Positions 26,070 through 40,887 are shown, counted from the stretch's first letter. The stretch is 64,000 nt of DNA from Eledone cirrhosa (GCA_964016885.1 OZ024763.1:11966001-12030000), one strand, 5' to 3'. The notes: generated from the sequence alone by a model not told the origin. Program-made: numbers and translations.

Positions 26070-26405
26070 CAGCAGTAGTAGTAGTAGCAGTAGTAGTAGT
26101 AGTAGCAGTAGTAGCAGCAGCAGTAGTTGTAGTAGTAGTAGCAGTAGCAGCAGTAGTAGTAGTAGTAGTAGTAGCAGTAGTAGCAACAGCAGTAGTAGTA
26201 GTAGTAGTAGTAGTAGTAGCAACAGCAGTAGCAGTAGTAGTAGTAGCAACAGCAGTAGTAGCAGCAGCAGCAGTAGTAGTAGTAGTAGTAGTAGTAGTAG
26301 CAACAGCAGTAGCAGTAGTAGTAGTAGCAGTAGCAACAGCAGTAGTAGCAGCAGCAGCAGTAGTAGTAGCAGCAGCAGTAGTAGTAGTAGCAGCAGCAGT
26401 AGTTG
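25630..26405. repeat. (GTA/GCA)n trinucleotide tract
   Basis: Direct inspection; explains the poly-V/A, poly-L and poly-Y/C ORFs. Confidence 0.9.
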
Positions 26406-26606
26406 TGTGCATCTAAAATTGATTCCAGTGTCTCCAGTAAGCCAGCACCACTGCTGACATGGCTGCAACTGATTTCATTGTTTACATTCCAACAGACAGG
26501 ATGTCTTATCACACACACACACACACACACGCACACACGCACACACGCACACACACACACACACACACACGCACACACGCACACACACACACACACACAC
26601 ACGCAC

Positions 26607-26642
<36 letters not shown>

Positions 26643-26886
26643 CATACCCCATACCCCCCACCTCTCTCAATACACACACCTCTCTCATAATACACACACC
26701 TCTCTCATCAACACATTTCCCTTTCTCTCTCTCATACACACCTCTTTCTCTCTCTCTCTCTCTCTCATACACCCCCCTCTCTCTCTCTCTTCAATAAGGA
26801 AGTCACTTGCAATGTTGAAGACATTTTGGAGGTGGGGAAAGGGTTGTTTTTTTTACTGTGTTTGTTTTTCTTGTTGTTAGTGTTAG

Positions 26887-26919
<33 letters not shown>

Positions 26920-27051
26920 CAGTGGTATTGGTTGGCTATTTGATAAGACTGTGGTGTGGTGTAGGGTGGAGTGGAGTGGGGTGGTGTGGTGAGGTGTGGA
27001 ATGGTGTGTTGGTTCATAACCATGTGTAAATGTGCATGTGTAGAATATATG

Positions 27052-27283
<232 letters not shown>

Positions 27284-27529
27284 GCCAGAGAGGAAAAAAA
27301 TGAGTGTATGAGTAAGTATATGTGTGTGTGTGTGTGTAAATTATATACTGTATATATATATGTATATATATATATATATATGAGAGAGAGGGGGCGGGAG
27401 ATAAAAATCAGTTTTTTATTATTAAATATGAAAGTGTAGATGGGGAATATTTGTGGTGTAAGAGGTTTTGGTTAATGTTAGCCTTAAGATGGAGATGGGG
27501 ATGACTTGAGTTGAAATAAGATGTTTTTA

Positions 27530-27582
27530 ATTAAGTGTAAGTCTACAGTGATAAGCACATATACACCCTCTCACAGCATGGG

Positions 27583-27614
<32 letters not shown>

Positions 27615-27807
27615 ATGTGTGTGTGAAACTGTATATGTATATATATTAACTGTAGTCTACATTCATAAACATATACACTCTCTCTCACAACATGGAAGTG
27701 TGTGTGTGTATATATATATATATAATGTGTGTGTGAAACTGTATATGTATATATATTAACTGTAGTCTACATTCATAAACATATACACTCTTTCTCACAG
27801 CATGGAA

Positions 27808-27844
<37 letters not shown>

Positions 27845-27930
27845 GTGTGTGTAAACTCTATATGTATATATATTAACTGTAGTCTACATTCATAAACATA
27901 TACACCCTCTCACAGCATGGAAGTGTAGGT
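27530..27930. repeat. About 120-bp tandem repeat, 3 copies
   Basis: actgtagtctacattcataaacatatacac...cacagcatggaagtgt recurs. Confidence 0.75.
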
Positions 27931-27960
27931 ATGAATATATGTATATATATTTATATATAT

Positions 27961-28425
27961 TGACTCTTAAGAGCTCCTTTGTGCTTTGACAGGTTTTGTT
28001 TTTAGTCCTGCAGGATGTCCAAAGTCACCCTCCTCACCAAGAAACCTTGGTGGGGTTGCCAGTTTAGTCGCCAATGATCCGACCATGGGACAGGTTGTAC
28101 TGGGATACATGTTACCAGTAGCACCAACTGGTGACCTGACATAATGGCCATCCAAAATCACCGGGAGAGATGACCCCTTAGCCTTTGTCAAGGCAGAATT
28201 CTAGGAGAAGGAAAACTCTGATATAACACCTGCAACCCTGATGGTATCCAATGATGTTGACTTGTTCTTCTTTTTGGTAAATATCATCTTGGTTAAGAGA
28301 GTGGGACTGGCTTTGTGCAGTGCCTTTGCTCACTATAAAAGCTTCACGGCACAGCCATTGCTTTATATCTGGAGATCTCTCTGCACTTGTCGTCACATGG
28401 TACCATGGGCCCAGCACTATGTGTC
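27961..28425 (+). mobile_element. Non-autonomous RTE-derived element (5' part)
   Basis: RTE 5'-UTR-like motif ctaggagaaggaaaactctga; near-identical to 48785-49195 (-) and 51541-52062 (+). Confidence 0.7.
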
Positions 28426-28680
28426 TGAATGTAGAATCAGTGTTGTACACCCTTGTAAATCTTGGTAAAGAGCCATGATTGATTCCTGCCTATCATGCAG
28501 GGTAGGGGACTACACTGAAATGACAGTCATGAAACGCCCCCTTCAAAGAGGAACTCCTCGATGCATAATTCAATCATTAATGCAGTGATGTTTTGTATGA
28601 GAGATTCGCTATCGTAATTGAATGTATTGAGGCAGTAGAAGCACACACACACACACATACATATACTCAAACATATACTA

Positions 28681-28800
28681 TATCAGGCTTTGTGATGATT
28701 TCTCCCGAATGAAACAGTTCTAGTCCTGTAGAAGCCATTTCTATATTAAATACTTAATCTCTGCTACCTTACTTACTGTGGTTACCCCCAATTGAACATG
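28681..28800 (+). mobile_element. PLE family B pLTR remnant
   Basis: tgatgatttctcccgaatgaaacagttctagtcctgtagaagcc...tactgtggttacc matches the 44.9-45.7 kb copies. Confidence 0.65.
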
Positions 28801-29096
28801 GGATAAACAGATCCATGGGTACAAGCCGAAGCTGAAGCATATAGACAATATGACCCCAACCCCTCCCACTGTAAAGAGGACATGTAGGCGCCACGGCAAA
28901 AAAGCACCCAGCACACACTGTAAATGAGGTTGGTGTTAGGAAGGGCATCCAGCTGTAGAAATCAAGCCAGAATCAGTTCCTGTATGAGCAAGACAAGGTT
29001 AGCCAACCAGACACTGCCCACAACAGGACAACCCGTCTAACCCATGCTAGCGTGGAAGAACGGATGTAAAACGGTGATGATGATGATGATATATAT

Positions 29097-29247
29097 AACG
29101 AAGGAAGTGTGGTAAGGAACCAGATGGACCATAACGCACCAGAGTACACAATACTTAGAGTAGTAGAGTGGGTAATAGGAAGAGTCAGGACCCCGATCTA
29201 GCTGTCGAAACGGCTGGAGCTCGGCTGTCGGGGTCCCCACTCTTTTC
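29097..29247 (+). mobile_element. PLE family A short inverted insertion in (TA)n
   Basis: Inverted tail (aacgaaggaagtgtggtaagg...) joined to the direct pLTR end (gtcgaaacggc...gtcggggtc), homologous to both ends of the 13-16.5 kb element. Confidence 0.85.
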
Positions 29248-29435
29248 ATATATATATATAGAGAGAGAGCAGAGGCCTGTTGCGTGTATGTGAGTATATA
29301 TACATGTTTTCTCTGCCTCACACACCACTAAACATTGTGTTTCTATATACATATACATACACAGTATTTAATAAAGCCAAAACAAAGAAATATAGTTATT
29401 AAAAAGGCAAGAGAGAAGTATGACTTTAGATCTTT

Positions 29436-30865
29436 GGGTGGTGGTGGTGGTTGTTGTGGTTGTTGTGGTAGTATGTGTGGTGGTAGTGTAGTAGTATTTG
29501 TGGTGGAGGTAGTAGTAGTAGTATCTGTGGTGGAGGTAGTAGTATGTGTGGTGTGGTGTGGTGGTAGTAGTAGTGGTTGTAGTGGTGGTAGTGGTGGTAG
29601 TAGTGGTGGTTGTGGTGGTGGTGGTGGTGGTAGTGTAGTAGTGTGTGTTGGTTGTGGTGGTGGTGGTAATGTGAGGTTGTGGTAGTGTAGTAGTATGTGT
29701 TGGTTGTGGTGGTAGTGTAGAATGTGAGGTTGTGGTGGTGTAGTAGTCTTGATGACAGTAGTGTGGTAGTGGAGGTAGTAGTGGTGAGGTAGTGGTATGG
29801 TAGTGGAGGTAGTAGTGGTGAAGTAGTGCAGGTAGTAGTGGTGTGGTAGTGGAGGTAGTGGAGGTAGTAGTGGTGTGGTAGTGGAGGTAGTAGTGGTGAG
29901 GTAGTGGAGGTAGTAGTGGTGAGGTAGTGGTGTGGTGGAGGTAGTGAAGGTAGTAGTGATGTGGTAGTGGTGTGGTAGGGGAGGTAGTAGTGGTGTGGTG
30001 GAGGTAGTAGTGGTGAGGTAGTGGTATGGTAGTGGTGAGGTAGTGAAGGTAGTAGTGATGTGGTAGTGGTGTGGTAGGGGAGGTAGTAGTGGTGAGGTAG
30101 TGGAGGTAGTAGTGGTGTGGTGTGGTAGTGGAGGTAGTAGTGGTGAGGTAGTGATGAGGTAGTGGAGGTAGTAGTGGTATAGTAGTGGTGAGGTAGTGAA
30201 GGTAGTAGTGGAAGTAGTAGTGGTGAGGTAGTGGAGGTAGTAGTGGTGAGGTAGTGGAGGTAGTAGTGGTGTGGTAGTGGAGGTAGTAGTGGTGAGGTAG
30301 TGGAGGTAGTAGTGGTGTGGTGTGGTAGTGGAGGTAGTAGTGGTGTGGTAGTGGAGGTAGTAGTGGTGTGGTAGTGGAGGTAGTAGTGGTGTGGTAGTGG
30401 AGGTAGTAGTGGTGTGGTAGTGGAGGTAGTAGTGGTGTGGTAGTGGAGGTAGTAGTGGTGTGGTAGTGGAGGTAGTAGTGGTGTGGTAGTGGTGTGGTAG
30501 TGGAGGTAGTAGTGGTGAGGTAGTGGAGGTAGTAGTGGTGTGGTAGTGGAGGTAGTAGTGGTGTGGTAGTGGAGGTAGTAGTGGTGTGGTAGTGGAGGTA
30601 GTAGTGGTGTGGTAGTGGAGGTAGTAGTGGTGTGGTAGTGGAGGTAGTAGTGGTGTGGTAGTGGAGGTAGTAGTGGTGTGGTGGAGGTAGTAGTGGTGAG
30701 GTAGTGAAGGTAGTAGTGATGTGGTAGTGGTATAGTAGTGGTGTGGTAGGGGAGGTAGTAGTGGTGAGGTAGTGGAGGTAGTAGTGGTGTGGTGTGGTAG
30801 TGGTGTGGTAGTGGAGGTAGTAGTGGTGAGGTAGTGGAGGTAGTAGTGGTGAGGTATTGTGGTGT
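29436..30865. repeat. (GGT/AGT) low-complexity minisatellite, unit about 23 bp
   Basis: Repeating gtggtagtggaggtagtagtggt. Confidence 0.9.
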
Positions 30866-30944
30866 ATATTACAGTCATACATAATTCAGACATTTGAAGT
30901 TTCAATAACATTTTTAAAATTGAAAAAAAAATGTCTTGATACAC

Positions 30945-30971
30945 AACATTCCTGTTGAACATACGTGTGTA

Positions 30972-31006
<35 letters not shown>

Positions 31007-31069
31007 TCCTGTTGAACATACATGTATATATATATACATATATATATTCATTACTGTTGAACATACATG

Positions 31070-31106
<37 letters not shown>

Positions 31107-31124
31107 TCCTGTTGAACATACATG

Positions 31125-31175
<51 letters not shown>

Positions 31176-31377
31176 TCCTGTTGAACATACATGCACATAT
31201 ATATATATACATACATATATATATATTTATACATTCCTGTTGAACATACATGCACACACATATATATATAGACATTCCTGTTGAACATACATGCACATAT
31301 ATATATACATATATATATATACATTCCTGTTGAACATAGATGCACACATATATATACATTCCTGTTGAACATACATG

Positions 31378-31426
<49 letters not shown>

Positions 31427-31464
31427 TCCTGTTGAGCATTCATGCACATATATACAGGTATATA

Positions 31465-31528
<64 letters not shown>

Positions 31529-32340
31529 TACATATATATATACATATATACATACATATAAACCCATGCTAGCGTGGAAGATGGACGTTAAATGATATAT
31601 ATACATTCCTGTTGAACATACTGACATACACACATATATACATGCACACGCACGCACACACGCACACACACACATATATGCGTAATAAAAAAATATATAC
31701 ACATTCCTTTTTGACATACATACACACATTCCTGCTTAACATATAGATATATACATATATATATACATTCCTGTTTAACATATACCCATATAGATATATA
31801 CACATATATATACATTCCTGTTGAACATATACCCATATAGATATATACACATATATATACATTCCTGTTGAACATATACCCATATAGATATATACATAGT
31901 TATACATTCCTGTTGAACATATACCCATATAGATATATACATAGTTATACATTCCTGTTGAACATACATACATATAGATATATAGTTGTTCCTGTTGAAT
32001 ATATACACATATACAACAGAATACACACACCCTGACACACACACACACATGTCCCTGACACACACGTCCCTGACACACACTCATGTCCCTGACACACACA
32101 CGTCCCTAACACACACACACACATGTCCCTGACACACACACGTGTCTCTAACACACACATGTCCCTGACACACACACACACACACACATGTCCCCGACAC
32201 ACATGTCCCTAACACACACACACATGTCCCTAACACACACACACACACGTCCCTAACACACACACGTCCCTGACACACACATGTCCCTAACACACACACA
32301 CACGTCCCTGACACACACACACATGTCCCTGACACACGTT
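30945..32340. repeat. Compound minisatellites: cattcctgttgaacata+(TA)n, then atgtccctga(ca)n
   Basis: Direct inspection. Confidence 0.85.
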
Positions 32341-32489
32341 GGATGATAAGAAAGTTAGTTATATTAGTAAATCCCTCCAAATTCTGGATTGTTGTCAAAA
32401 CTATTGGCAGAACGTCGTGAAAGTTGGGTGATGAGAGAACAACTAATATTGTGAATACAAGCGGCCGAAATAGGAGTCCACCATCTTTG

Positions 32490-32815
32490 GAGTAACGCTA
32501 CTCAATAAAGTGTGTAGCCCGAAGTTGAGAGAGTCACTCCAGTTAGAGCTGCTACTTCTCTGAATTGAGAGATCGCAGCTCTGATACTATGAATGTCTCG
32601 GGAAAGAATCGCTGGACAGATTTTACCGGCAAGAGACCCAGAAGTCGACCCCGAGCAAGATGATTGGATAACATCCATTGATTTGGCTGGCCCTGCTTGG
32701 GGATCCAGCCAGATCAGTTGGAGACGGTTGCTTCTGACAGGACCCGCTGGAAGGTGTGGTTGAGGTCTGTGGCACCACGACTCTCTCAGGAGTAAGTGGG
32801 TGAAGAAGAAGATTA
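32490..32815 (+). mobile_element. Degenerate RTE-like LINE 3' end
   Basis: ctacttctctgaattgagagatcgcagc matches the minus strand near 2190-2215; contains a GKRPRSRP-like motif. Confidence 0.6.
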
Positions 32816-32824
32816 GAAAATTAT

Positions 32825-34922
32825 AGACAGTGTCTTTCATTGGAAATATGGTAATGAAAGGGTTAAAGACATGGACAGTGTCTTTCATTGGAAGATGGTA
32901 ATGAGAGGGTTAATGACATAGACAGTGTCTTTCATTAGAAATATGGTAATGAAAGGGTTAAAGACAGAGACAGTGTCTTTCATTGGAAGATCGTAATGAG
33001 AGGGTTAATGACATAGACAGTGTCTTTCATTAGAAATATGGTAATGAAAGGGTTAAAGACAGAGACAGTGTCTTTCATTGGAAGATGGTAATGAGAGGGT
33101 TAATGACATAGACAGTGTCTTTCATTAGAAATATGGTAATGAAAGGGTTAATGACATAGTCAGTGTCTTTCATTAGAAATATGGTAATGAAAGGGTTAAA
33201 GACAGAGACAGTGTCTTTCATTAGAAATATGGTAATGAAAGGGTTAATGACATAGTCAGTGTCTTTCATTAGAAATATGGTAATGAAAGGGTTAAAGACA
33301 TAGACAGTGTCTTTCATTAGAAATATGGTAGTGAAAGGGTTAATGACATAGACAGTGTCTTTCATTGGAAGATGGTAATGAGAGGGTTAATGACATAGAC
33401 AGTGTCTTTCATTAGAAATATGGTAATGAAAGGGTTAAAGACAGAGACAGTGTCTTTCATTGGAAGATGGTAATGAGAGGGTTAATGACATAGACAGTGT
33501 CTTTCATTAGAAATATGGTAATGAAAGGGTTAAAGACAGAGACAGTGTCTTTCATTGGAAGATGGTAATGAGAGGGTTAATGACATAGACAGTGTCTTTC
33601 ATTAGAAATATGGTAATGAAAGGGTTAAAGACAGAGACAGTGTCTTTCATTGGAAGATGGTAATGAGAGGGTTAATGACATAGACAGTGTCTTTCATTAG
33701 AAATATGGTAATGAAAGGGTTAATGACATAGTCAGTGTCTTTCATTAGAAATATGGTAATGAAAGGGTTAAAGACATAGACAGTGTCTTTCATTAGAAAT
33801 ATGGTAATGAAAGGGTTAAAGACAGAGACAGTGTCTTTCATTAGAAATATGGTAATGAAAGGGTTAATGACATAGTCAGTGTCTTTCATTAGAAATATGG
33901 TAGTGAAAGGGTTAATGACATAGACAGTGTCTTTCATTAGAAATATGGTAATGAAAGGGTTAAAGACATAGACAGTGTCTTTCATTAGAAATATGGTAGT
34001 GAAAGGGTTAAAGACATAGACAGTGTCTTTCATTAGAAATATGGTAATGAAAGGGTTAAAGACAGAGACAGTGTCTTTCATTAGAAATATGGTAATGAAA
34101 GGGTTAAAGACATAGACAGTGTCTTTCATTAGAAATATGGTAATGAAAGGGTTAAAGACAGAGACAGTGTCTTTCATTAGAAATATGGTAATGAAAGGGT
34201 TAATGACATAGTCAGTGTCTTTCATTAGAAATATGGTAGTGAAAGGGTTAATGACATAGACAGTGTCTTTCATTGGAAATGTGGTAGTGAAAGGGTTAAT
34301 GACATAGACAGTGTCTTTCATTAGAAATATGGTAATGAAAGGGTTAAAGACATAGACAGTGTCTTTCATTAGAAATATGGTAGTGAAAGGGTTAAAGACA
34401 TAGACAGTGTCTTTCATTAGAAATATGGTAGTGAAAGGGTTAAAGACATAGGTAGTGTCTTCCATTAGATATATGGTAGTGAAAGGGTTAAAGACATAGA
34501 CAGTGTCTTTCATTAGAAATATGGTAATGAAAGGGTTAATGACATAGACAGTGTCTTTCATTAGAAATATGTTAATGAAGGGTTAATGACATAGACGGTG
34601 TCTTTCATTAGAAATATGGTAGTGAAAGGGTTAAAGACATAGACAGTGTCTTTCATTAGAAATATGGTAGTGAAAGGGTTAAAGACATAGACAGTGTCTT
34701 TCATTAGAAATATGGTAGTGAAAGGGTTAAAGACATAGGTAGTGTCTTCCATTAGAAATATGGTAGTGAAAGGGTTAAAGACATAGACAGTGTCTTTCAT
34801 TAGAAATATGGTAGTGAAAGGGTTAAAGACATAGATAGTGTCTTTCATTAGATATATGGTAGTGAAAGGGTTAAAAACATAGATAGTGTCTTTCATTAGA
34901 AATATAGCAATGAAAGGGTTAA
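32825..34922. repeat. 48-bp minisatellite, about 43 copies, made of a piggyBac-like MITE terminus plus TTAA
   Basis: Unit gacagtgtctttcattagaaatatggtaatgaaagggTTAAagacata; the same end (gtaatgaaagggttaa) terminates the MITE at about 10223-10461. Confidence 0.9.
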
Positions 34923-36442
34923 AGTAGTTATTTAGTTGCTTTTTCTTGATATCTCCCCCTCCCCTCTACTATATTTTTTCCCAATTTCAATAATTAATTC
35001 TTTATTGCATTGAAATAAAAATACTTTTGTAAGATTTACCAAGATTAATTTTAATAAATGTAATTTTTTATATCTGTTATAATAGCATTGTAAATTAAAT
35101 ATGATTTTTATGTTACTACCATTATTCTAAATAATTGGTTGTTGTTAATGGTTGTGGTGGTGATTGTTGTAGTGTTGGCTCTGTGTGGTGGTGGTGGTGG
35201 TTTTTTGTTAGTGTTGTTACATTGAGAAAAAATAAGTGAAAGATTCTGAATGGTTTATCTTTTAAACATTTGTGTGTGTTTGTGTGTGTAATGTATGTAC
35301 ATCTGTTTATTTATGTGTAAATGTGGATTTCTGTGTGTATGTGTGTTGTATATGAATAAATTTGTGTGTGTGTATAAATGTATGTGGATTGTTGTGTATG
35401 TATATATATATATGTGTGTGTGGATTGTTGCGTGTGTGTGTGTGTGTATATATATGTATATGTATGAAGATATATATACTATGAATTGAAATAGACTGAT
35501 GGTTGCCAACACAAAGACCCTTCCTGGGGAGGAATGTACCCCCCCCCCCCCCCCCCCCAACACAATTTAGTAGTTAGAGATTGACAGAACTGAAACTAGA
35601 GGAGAAGGACATGGAAATTAGGGAAGCCCTCAACTGGTGACAGATTCTGGGGTACCCTGCTTGATGGTTGTAACAGTCAAGAAGAAGAGTTGGAGGGTGA
35701 TATGGTGGTGGAATGTCAGAGTAGCCGAGGCCGTCAATGGTAAGGGCATGGATAGACTGGCTAAAATGGCGGAAGCAGAGGACAGTATGAAAAAGTTAGA
35801 AGAGAAGCGAGGAGCCAGGTACACTTGGCAAGGAGGTGAGAAACTGTAGAGTTTATTGTTGAGGATGAAAGACGAAAGGTGTGAGGTGATGAGGTAGTGA
35901 GGGAAAATCAAGATGTTGTTGGGATGGTGGTGGTGGTGGAGTGTACGTGGGTACTGTTCATGGTGGTAGTGGTGGGTGGAAAAGTGTATGATGGTGGTGG
36001 TGGTGGTGGTGAAGTTCATGGTACTGTTCGTGGTGGTGGTGGTGGTGGTGGTGAAGACGTTTATGATGGTGGTGGAGGGTGGAAAAGTGTATGGTGGTGG
36101 TGGTGGTGAAGGGGTGTATGTTGGTGCTGTTCGTGGTGGTGGTGGGTGGAAAAGTGTATGATGGTGGTGTTCATGGTGGTGATGATGATGATGATGGCGG
36201 TGGTGAAGAAGTGTATGATGGTGGTGGTGGTGGCGGTGGGGTTTGGGATCTGGAATAAGTAAAGCTGCTGTACTGGTTTGACAGTATTGAACTTGAGTTG
36301 TTTTTGTTAGCATTGTTGTTGTTATAAATGTTGTAGATGGGGTCACCGAGTGGAATAACTTCCTTGAAGAGGTTGTGTCATTTGACCTGGTTTTCTCAAT
36401 ATTTCATTGTAGGCATATGTGTGTCTCTCTATATATATTATC

Positions 36443-36514
<72 letters not shown>

Positions 36515-36696
36515 GGATTGGCAGTATCGGTAGAGGGTCGGATGCCGTGCTTTGCAGCAAAGAGTTACGGCCCTTTATGATCTGAGTTCAAATCCCGCTG
36601 AGATTAACTTTGCCTTTCATCCTTACGGGGTCGATAAAATAAAGTACCAGTAATGTCCTGGTTAATTGCTGGTCTTGTGCCAAAAGTAGAAACAAT

Positions 36697-36748
<52 letters not shown>

Positions 36749-36752
<4 letters not shown>

Positions 36753-36946
36753 ATATTAATAAATGGAAACTATATTTATAAAACCATATTTATTTCATTA
36801 TACATATTTCAAGGACACCAAAGCAAATTATGGTGCGCTTTCATCAGATAAAATATAATATAGATCAGTTTTATAAACCAATATTGACATACCCTTAAAA
36901 GAATGCGACCATGTCTGATCCCAACAAATTAAATATAACTTCTACA
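36749..36946 (-). mobile_element. PLE family C remnant with hammerhead at 36791-36855 (-)
   Basis: Minus strand tattttatCTGATGAaagcgcacca...tggtgtccttGAAAtatgtataatgaaata; inverted tail end at the right. Confidence 0.75.
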
Positions 36947-36962
36947 TATGATGATGATGATG

Positions 36963-37003
<41 letters not shown>

Positions 37004-38068
37004 TATGATATATATAGTGTGTGAGTAATTCATATATAATATGTATATATAATTGTTTCTACTTTTGGCACAAGGCCAGCAAATTACCCAGTGCATTACT
37101 GGTACTTTATTTTATCGACCCTGAAAGGATGAAAGGCAAAGTTAACCTCGGCGGGATTTGTATATATAATATATATGATGTATGTATAATATATATACAT
37201 ACACACGCACATACACATCATCAGGTCATCCCATAATCAATGTTGTATTTTTGGTAGTAAGTTTGGCAGAGATAAAAAAACATCAGTTACACACTAATTT
37301 AATGAAGTATATATTCCCCCCTCTGAATCAATAATATTCTTCCTGTAACACTGTGAAATATTTCTTATGCCATTCCTGTAGAAATGAGATGGTTTGGCAG
37401 AGGAAAAGTCACGTTGATCCATTTCAAGTGCCTCTAAAGAATTGCACCGTTTTCCATTGATAAAATGTCGCTAACTTCGGAATAATTGATAATCGGAAGG
37501 AGAAAGGTCAGGAGAACATTAGAGGTCAGTTAAATAATAGACTGACACTCTTGAGAATGAAGAGCAGAGCAGGGCAGGGCAGGGCAGATGTTGATGTGTT
37601 ATCTTTGATTGTTTTCACTCAGTTCATTTGTAATCCATTTGCCAGGCTTAGTCACCATTCCAAGTTTCTGTAAATGTCTCTTTGTTAGAATACATTGAAC
37701 CATCAGTGGTATTTATGAACATCAAAAACACCTTCACCATACACTTTTTGCACATTTTAAAAAGTATTTGTTGCTCTGTTGGCTTTTTTGAACTTGTAAA
37801 GCATGGCATATATTTAGTACCCTTCTGTGACTGCCTTAATATCATGGGTTCAAGTCCTGGACCAGCTTGTGTGTTGTCTTTTTGAGCTAAACATTTCATA
37901 TCATGTTGTTCCAATCAACTCTGCTGAAAAGGAGTACCAGCAGAGTAATGGAGGTTAACCTTGTGATGGACTAGTGTCCTATCCAGGGGGCTGGTATGTA
38001 CTTTCAGTTGCTTAACAGGAGTTAAACCAGTGTAAACTCTGGTCTGATGAGCCTCTTGCTTGGAACAG

Positions 38069-38323
<255 letters not shown>

Positions 38324-38360
38324 AAGGTGTTCACTCCAGCATAGCTGTGTTTGATACACG

Positions 38361-38432
<72 letters not shown>

Positions 38433-38866
38433 AGTGTGTTGAAACGGCAACAGCTCAGCTGTCAGGGTCCTGGCTCATTCTTAAAACCATACTCTACTAC
38501 CCCAAGTATTGAGTACTCTGGTGAGTAAGGCTGAATCCATCTTAATTTATGTATATATATACAGGGTCCTGAATCTTTTCATATATATATATATATATGA
38601 ATATATATACATATATGTGAATATACAAAAACCTGGCTAGAGGGGTTTGGGTTCATCTTTAAATGATGGACCTCCCAGAAAATATGACGAAAGAATTGTA
38701 AGAGCTGGGAGGCTGTGCTGGAAACGACCAGTCCAGCCCATGCAAGCATGGAAAAACGAATATGAAATGATGAGGATGATATATATATATTTGATGTGTG
38801 TCTGTGTATTGTTTTATAAGATGTGGGAATCCTAAACATAAAATAAGTACATGTTATAACATGCTA

Positions 38867-40288
38867 TAACCCTCTATCATTTACATTACTCTATATATAC
38901 TATTGTATTGTCACAGTAAAGGCTTTACCTCACATAATATCTCACATAACATTTACATTACTCTATAAATACTATTGTATTGTCACAGTAAAGGCTTTAC
39001 CTCACATAATATCTCACATAACATTCACATTACTCTATATATACTATTGTATTGTCACAGTAAAGGCTTTACCTCACATAATACCTCACATAACATTCAC
39101 ATTACTCTATAAATACTATTGTATTGTCACAGTAAAGGCTTTACCTCACATAATATCTCACATAACATTCACATTACTCTATATATACTATTGTATTGTC
39201 ACAGTAAAGGCTTTACCTCACATAATACCTCACATAACATTCACATTACTCTATATATACTATTGTATTGTCACAGTAAAGGCTTTACCTCCCATAATAT
39301 CTCACATAACATTTACATTACTCTATAAATACTATTGTATTGTCACAGTAAAGGCTTTACCTCACATAATATCTCACATAACATTCACATTACTCTATAT
39401 ATACTATTGTATTGTCACAGTAAAGGCTTTACCTCCCATAATATCTCACATAACATTTACATTACTCTATATATACTATTGTATTGTCACAGTAAAGGCT
39501 TTACCTCACATAATATCTCCCATAACATTTACATTACTCTATAAATACTATTGTATTGTCACAGTAAAGGCTTTACCTCACATAATATCTCACATAACAT
39601 TTACATTACTCTATATATACTATTGTATTTTCACAGTAAAGGCTTTACCTCACATAATAATATCTCACATAACATTTACATTACTCTATATATACTATTG
39701 TATTTTCACAGTAAAGGCTTTACCTCACATAATAATATCTCACATAACATTTACATTACTCTATATATACTATTGTATTTTCACAGTAAAGGCTTTACCT
39801 CACATAATAATATCTCACATAACATTTACATTACTCTATAAATACTATTGTATTTTCACAGTAAAGGTTTTACCTCACATAATATCTCACATAACATTTA
39901 CATTACTCTATAAATACTATTGTATTTTCACAGTAAAGGCTTTACCTCACATAATATCTCACATAACATTCACATTACTCTATATATACTATTATATTTT
40001 CACAGTAAAGGCTTTACCTCACATAATATCTCACATAACATTCACATTACTCTATATATACTATTATATTTTCACAGTAAAGACTTTACCTCACATAATA
40101 TCTCACATAACATTCACATTACTCTATATATACTATTGTATTTTCATGGTAAAGGCTTTACCTCACATAATTATGTTACATAATATCAAATCTATGTTAT
40201 TTTGATATCTATTTTGAGAACAATACCTTAACATCAGTATGAGTGGATGGTTAAGACCATTTTAAACAGAAAATGCTAAAGGGTTGAA
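38867..40288. mobile_element. piggyBac-like MITE containing an internal 72-bp array of about 18 copies
   Basis: Degenerate TIRs aaccctctatcatttac / aaatgctaaagggtt enclose tandem tttacattactctatatatactattgtattgtcacagtaaaggctttacctcacataatatctcacataaca. Confidence 0.85.
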
Positions 40289-40471
40289 TAATAGCTTAGA
40301 AAATCAGGTAAAATACTCTAATGGTCAGAGAAACAGAAAAACGTGGCCAGTTATTGCCTCTGGGATTCCTACATTTTCTAAAAGAATTTCAGATTGTCTA
40401 GTGCTTTGACGATTTGTATATAAGGAAGATTATATATATATATATCTGAGTTTGTCTTGTTATTCCTGAAC

Positions 40472-40505
<34 letters not shown>

Positions 40506-40648
40506 CAGTAAGTTATGTCCTACACACAGCTTGGATGTTCAGCCAAATTCCTGTCAGCCATGTTATTTTGGTACAACTTAATTGGTTAATTTCCTATCTA
40601 ATCTTGTATTACTGTTCCACCCCTTCCACACACATACACACACTCACA

Positions 40649-40681
<33 letters not shown>

Positions 40682-40843
40682 ATACACACATACAAAGCCA
40701 CACAGACACATACAATCACACACACACACACACACATATACATATGAATGTTAATGTCTTATTTATGAATATATATTTATATATTTCCCATTCACCTTAA
40801 TGTTGTGTATATGTGTGTGCACACGTTTGTGTGTGTGTGTATG

Positions 40844-40887
<44 letters not shown>

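Noticed and set aside
27961-28230. HDV-like ribozyme at the RTE 5' end
   Set aside because: Hairpins are present (caccaag/cttggtg), but I could not build the nested double pseudoknot by eye; a motif search is needed.
29343-31196. 617-aa and other long ORFs (10928, 25376, 57474, 6650 etc.)
   Set aside because: Stop-free translations of microsatellite or low-complexity DNA, open in several frames.
33647-34896. Repeat protein MKDTVYVFNPFTTIFL
   Set aside because: Translation of a 48-bp minisatellite derived from a MITE end.
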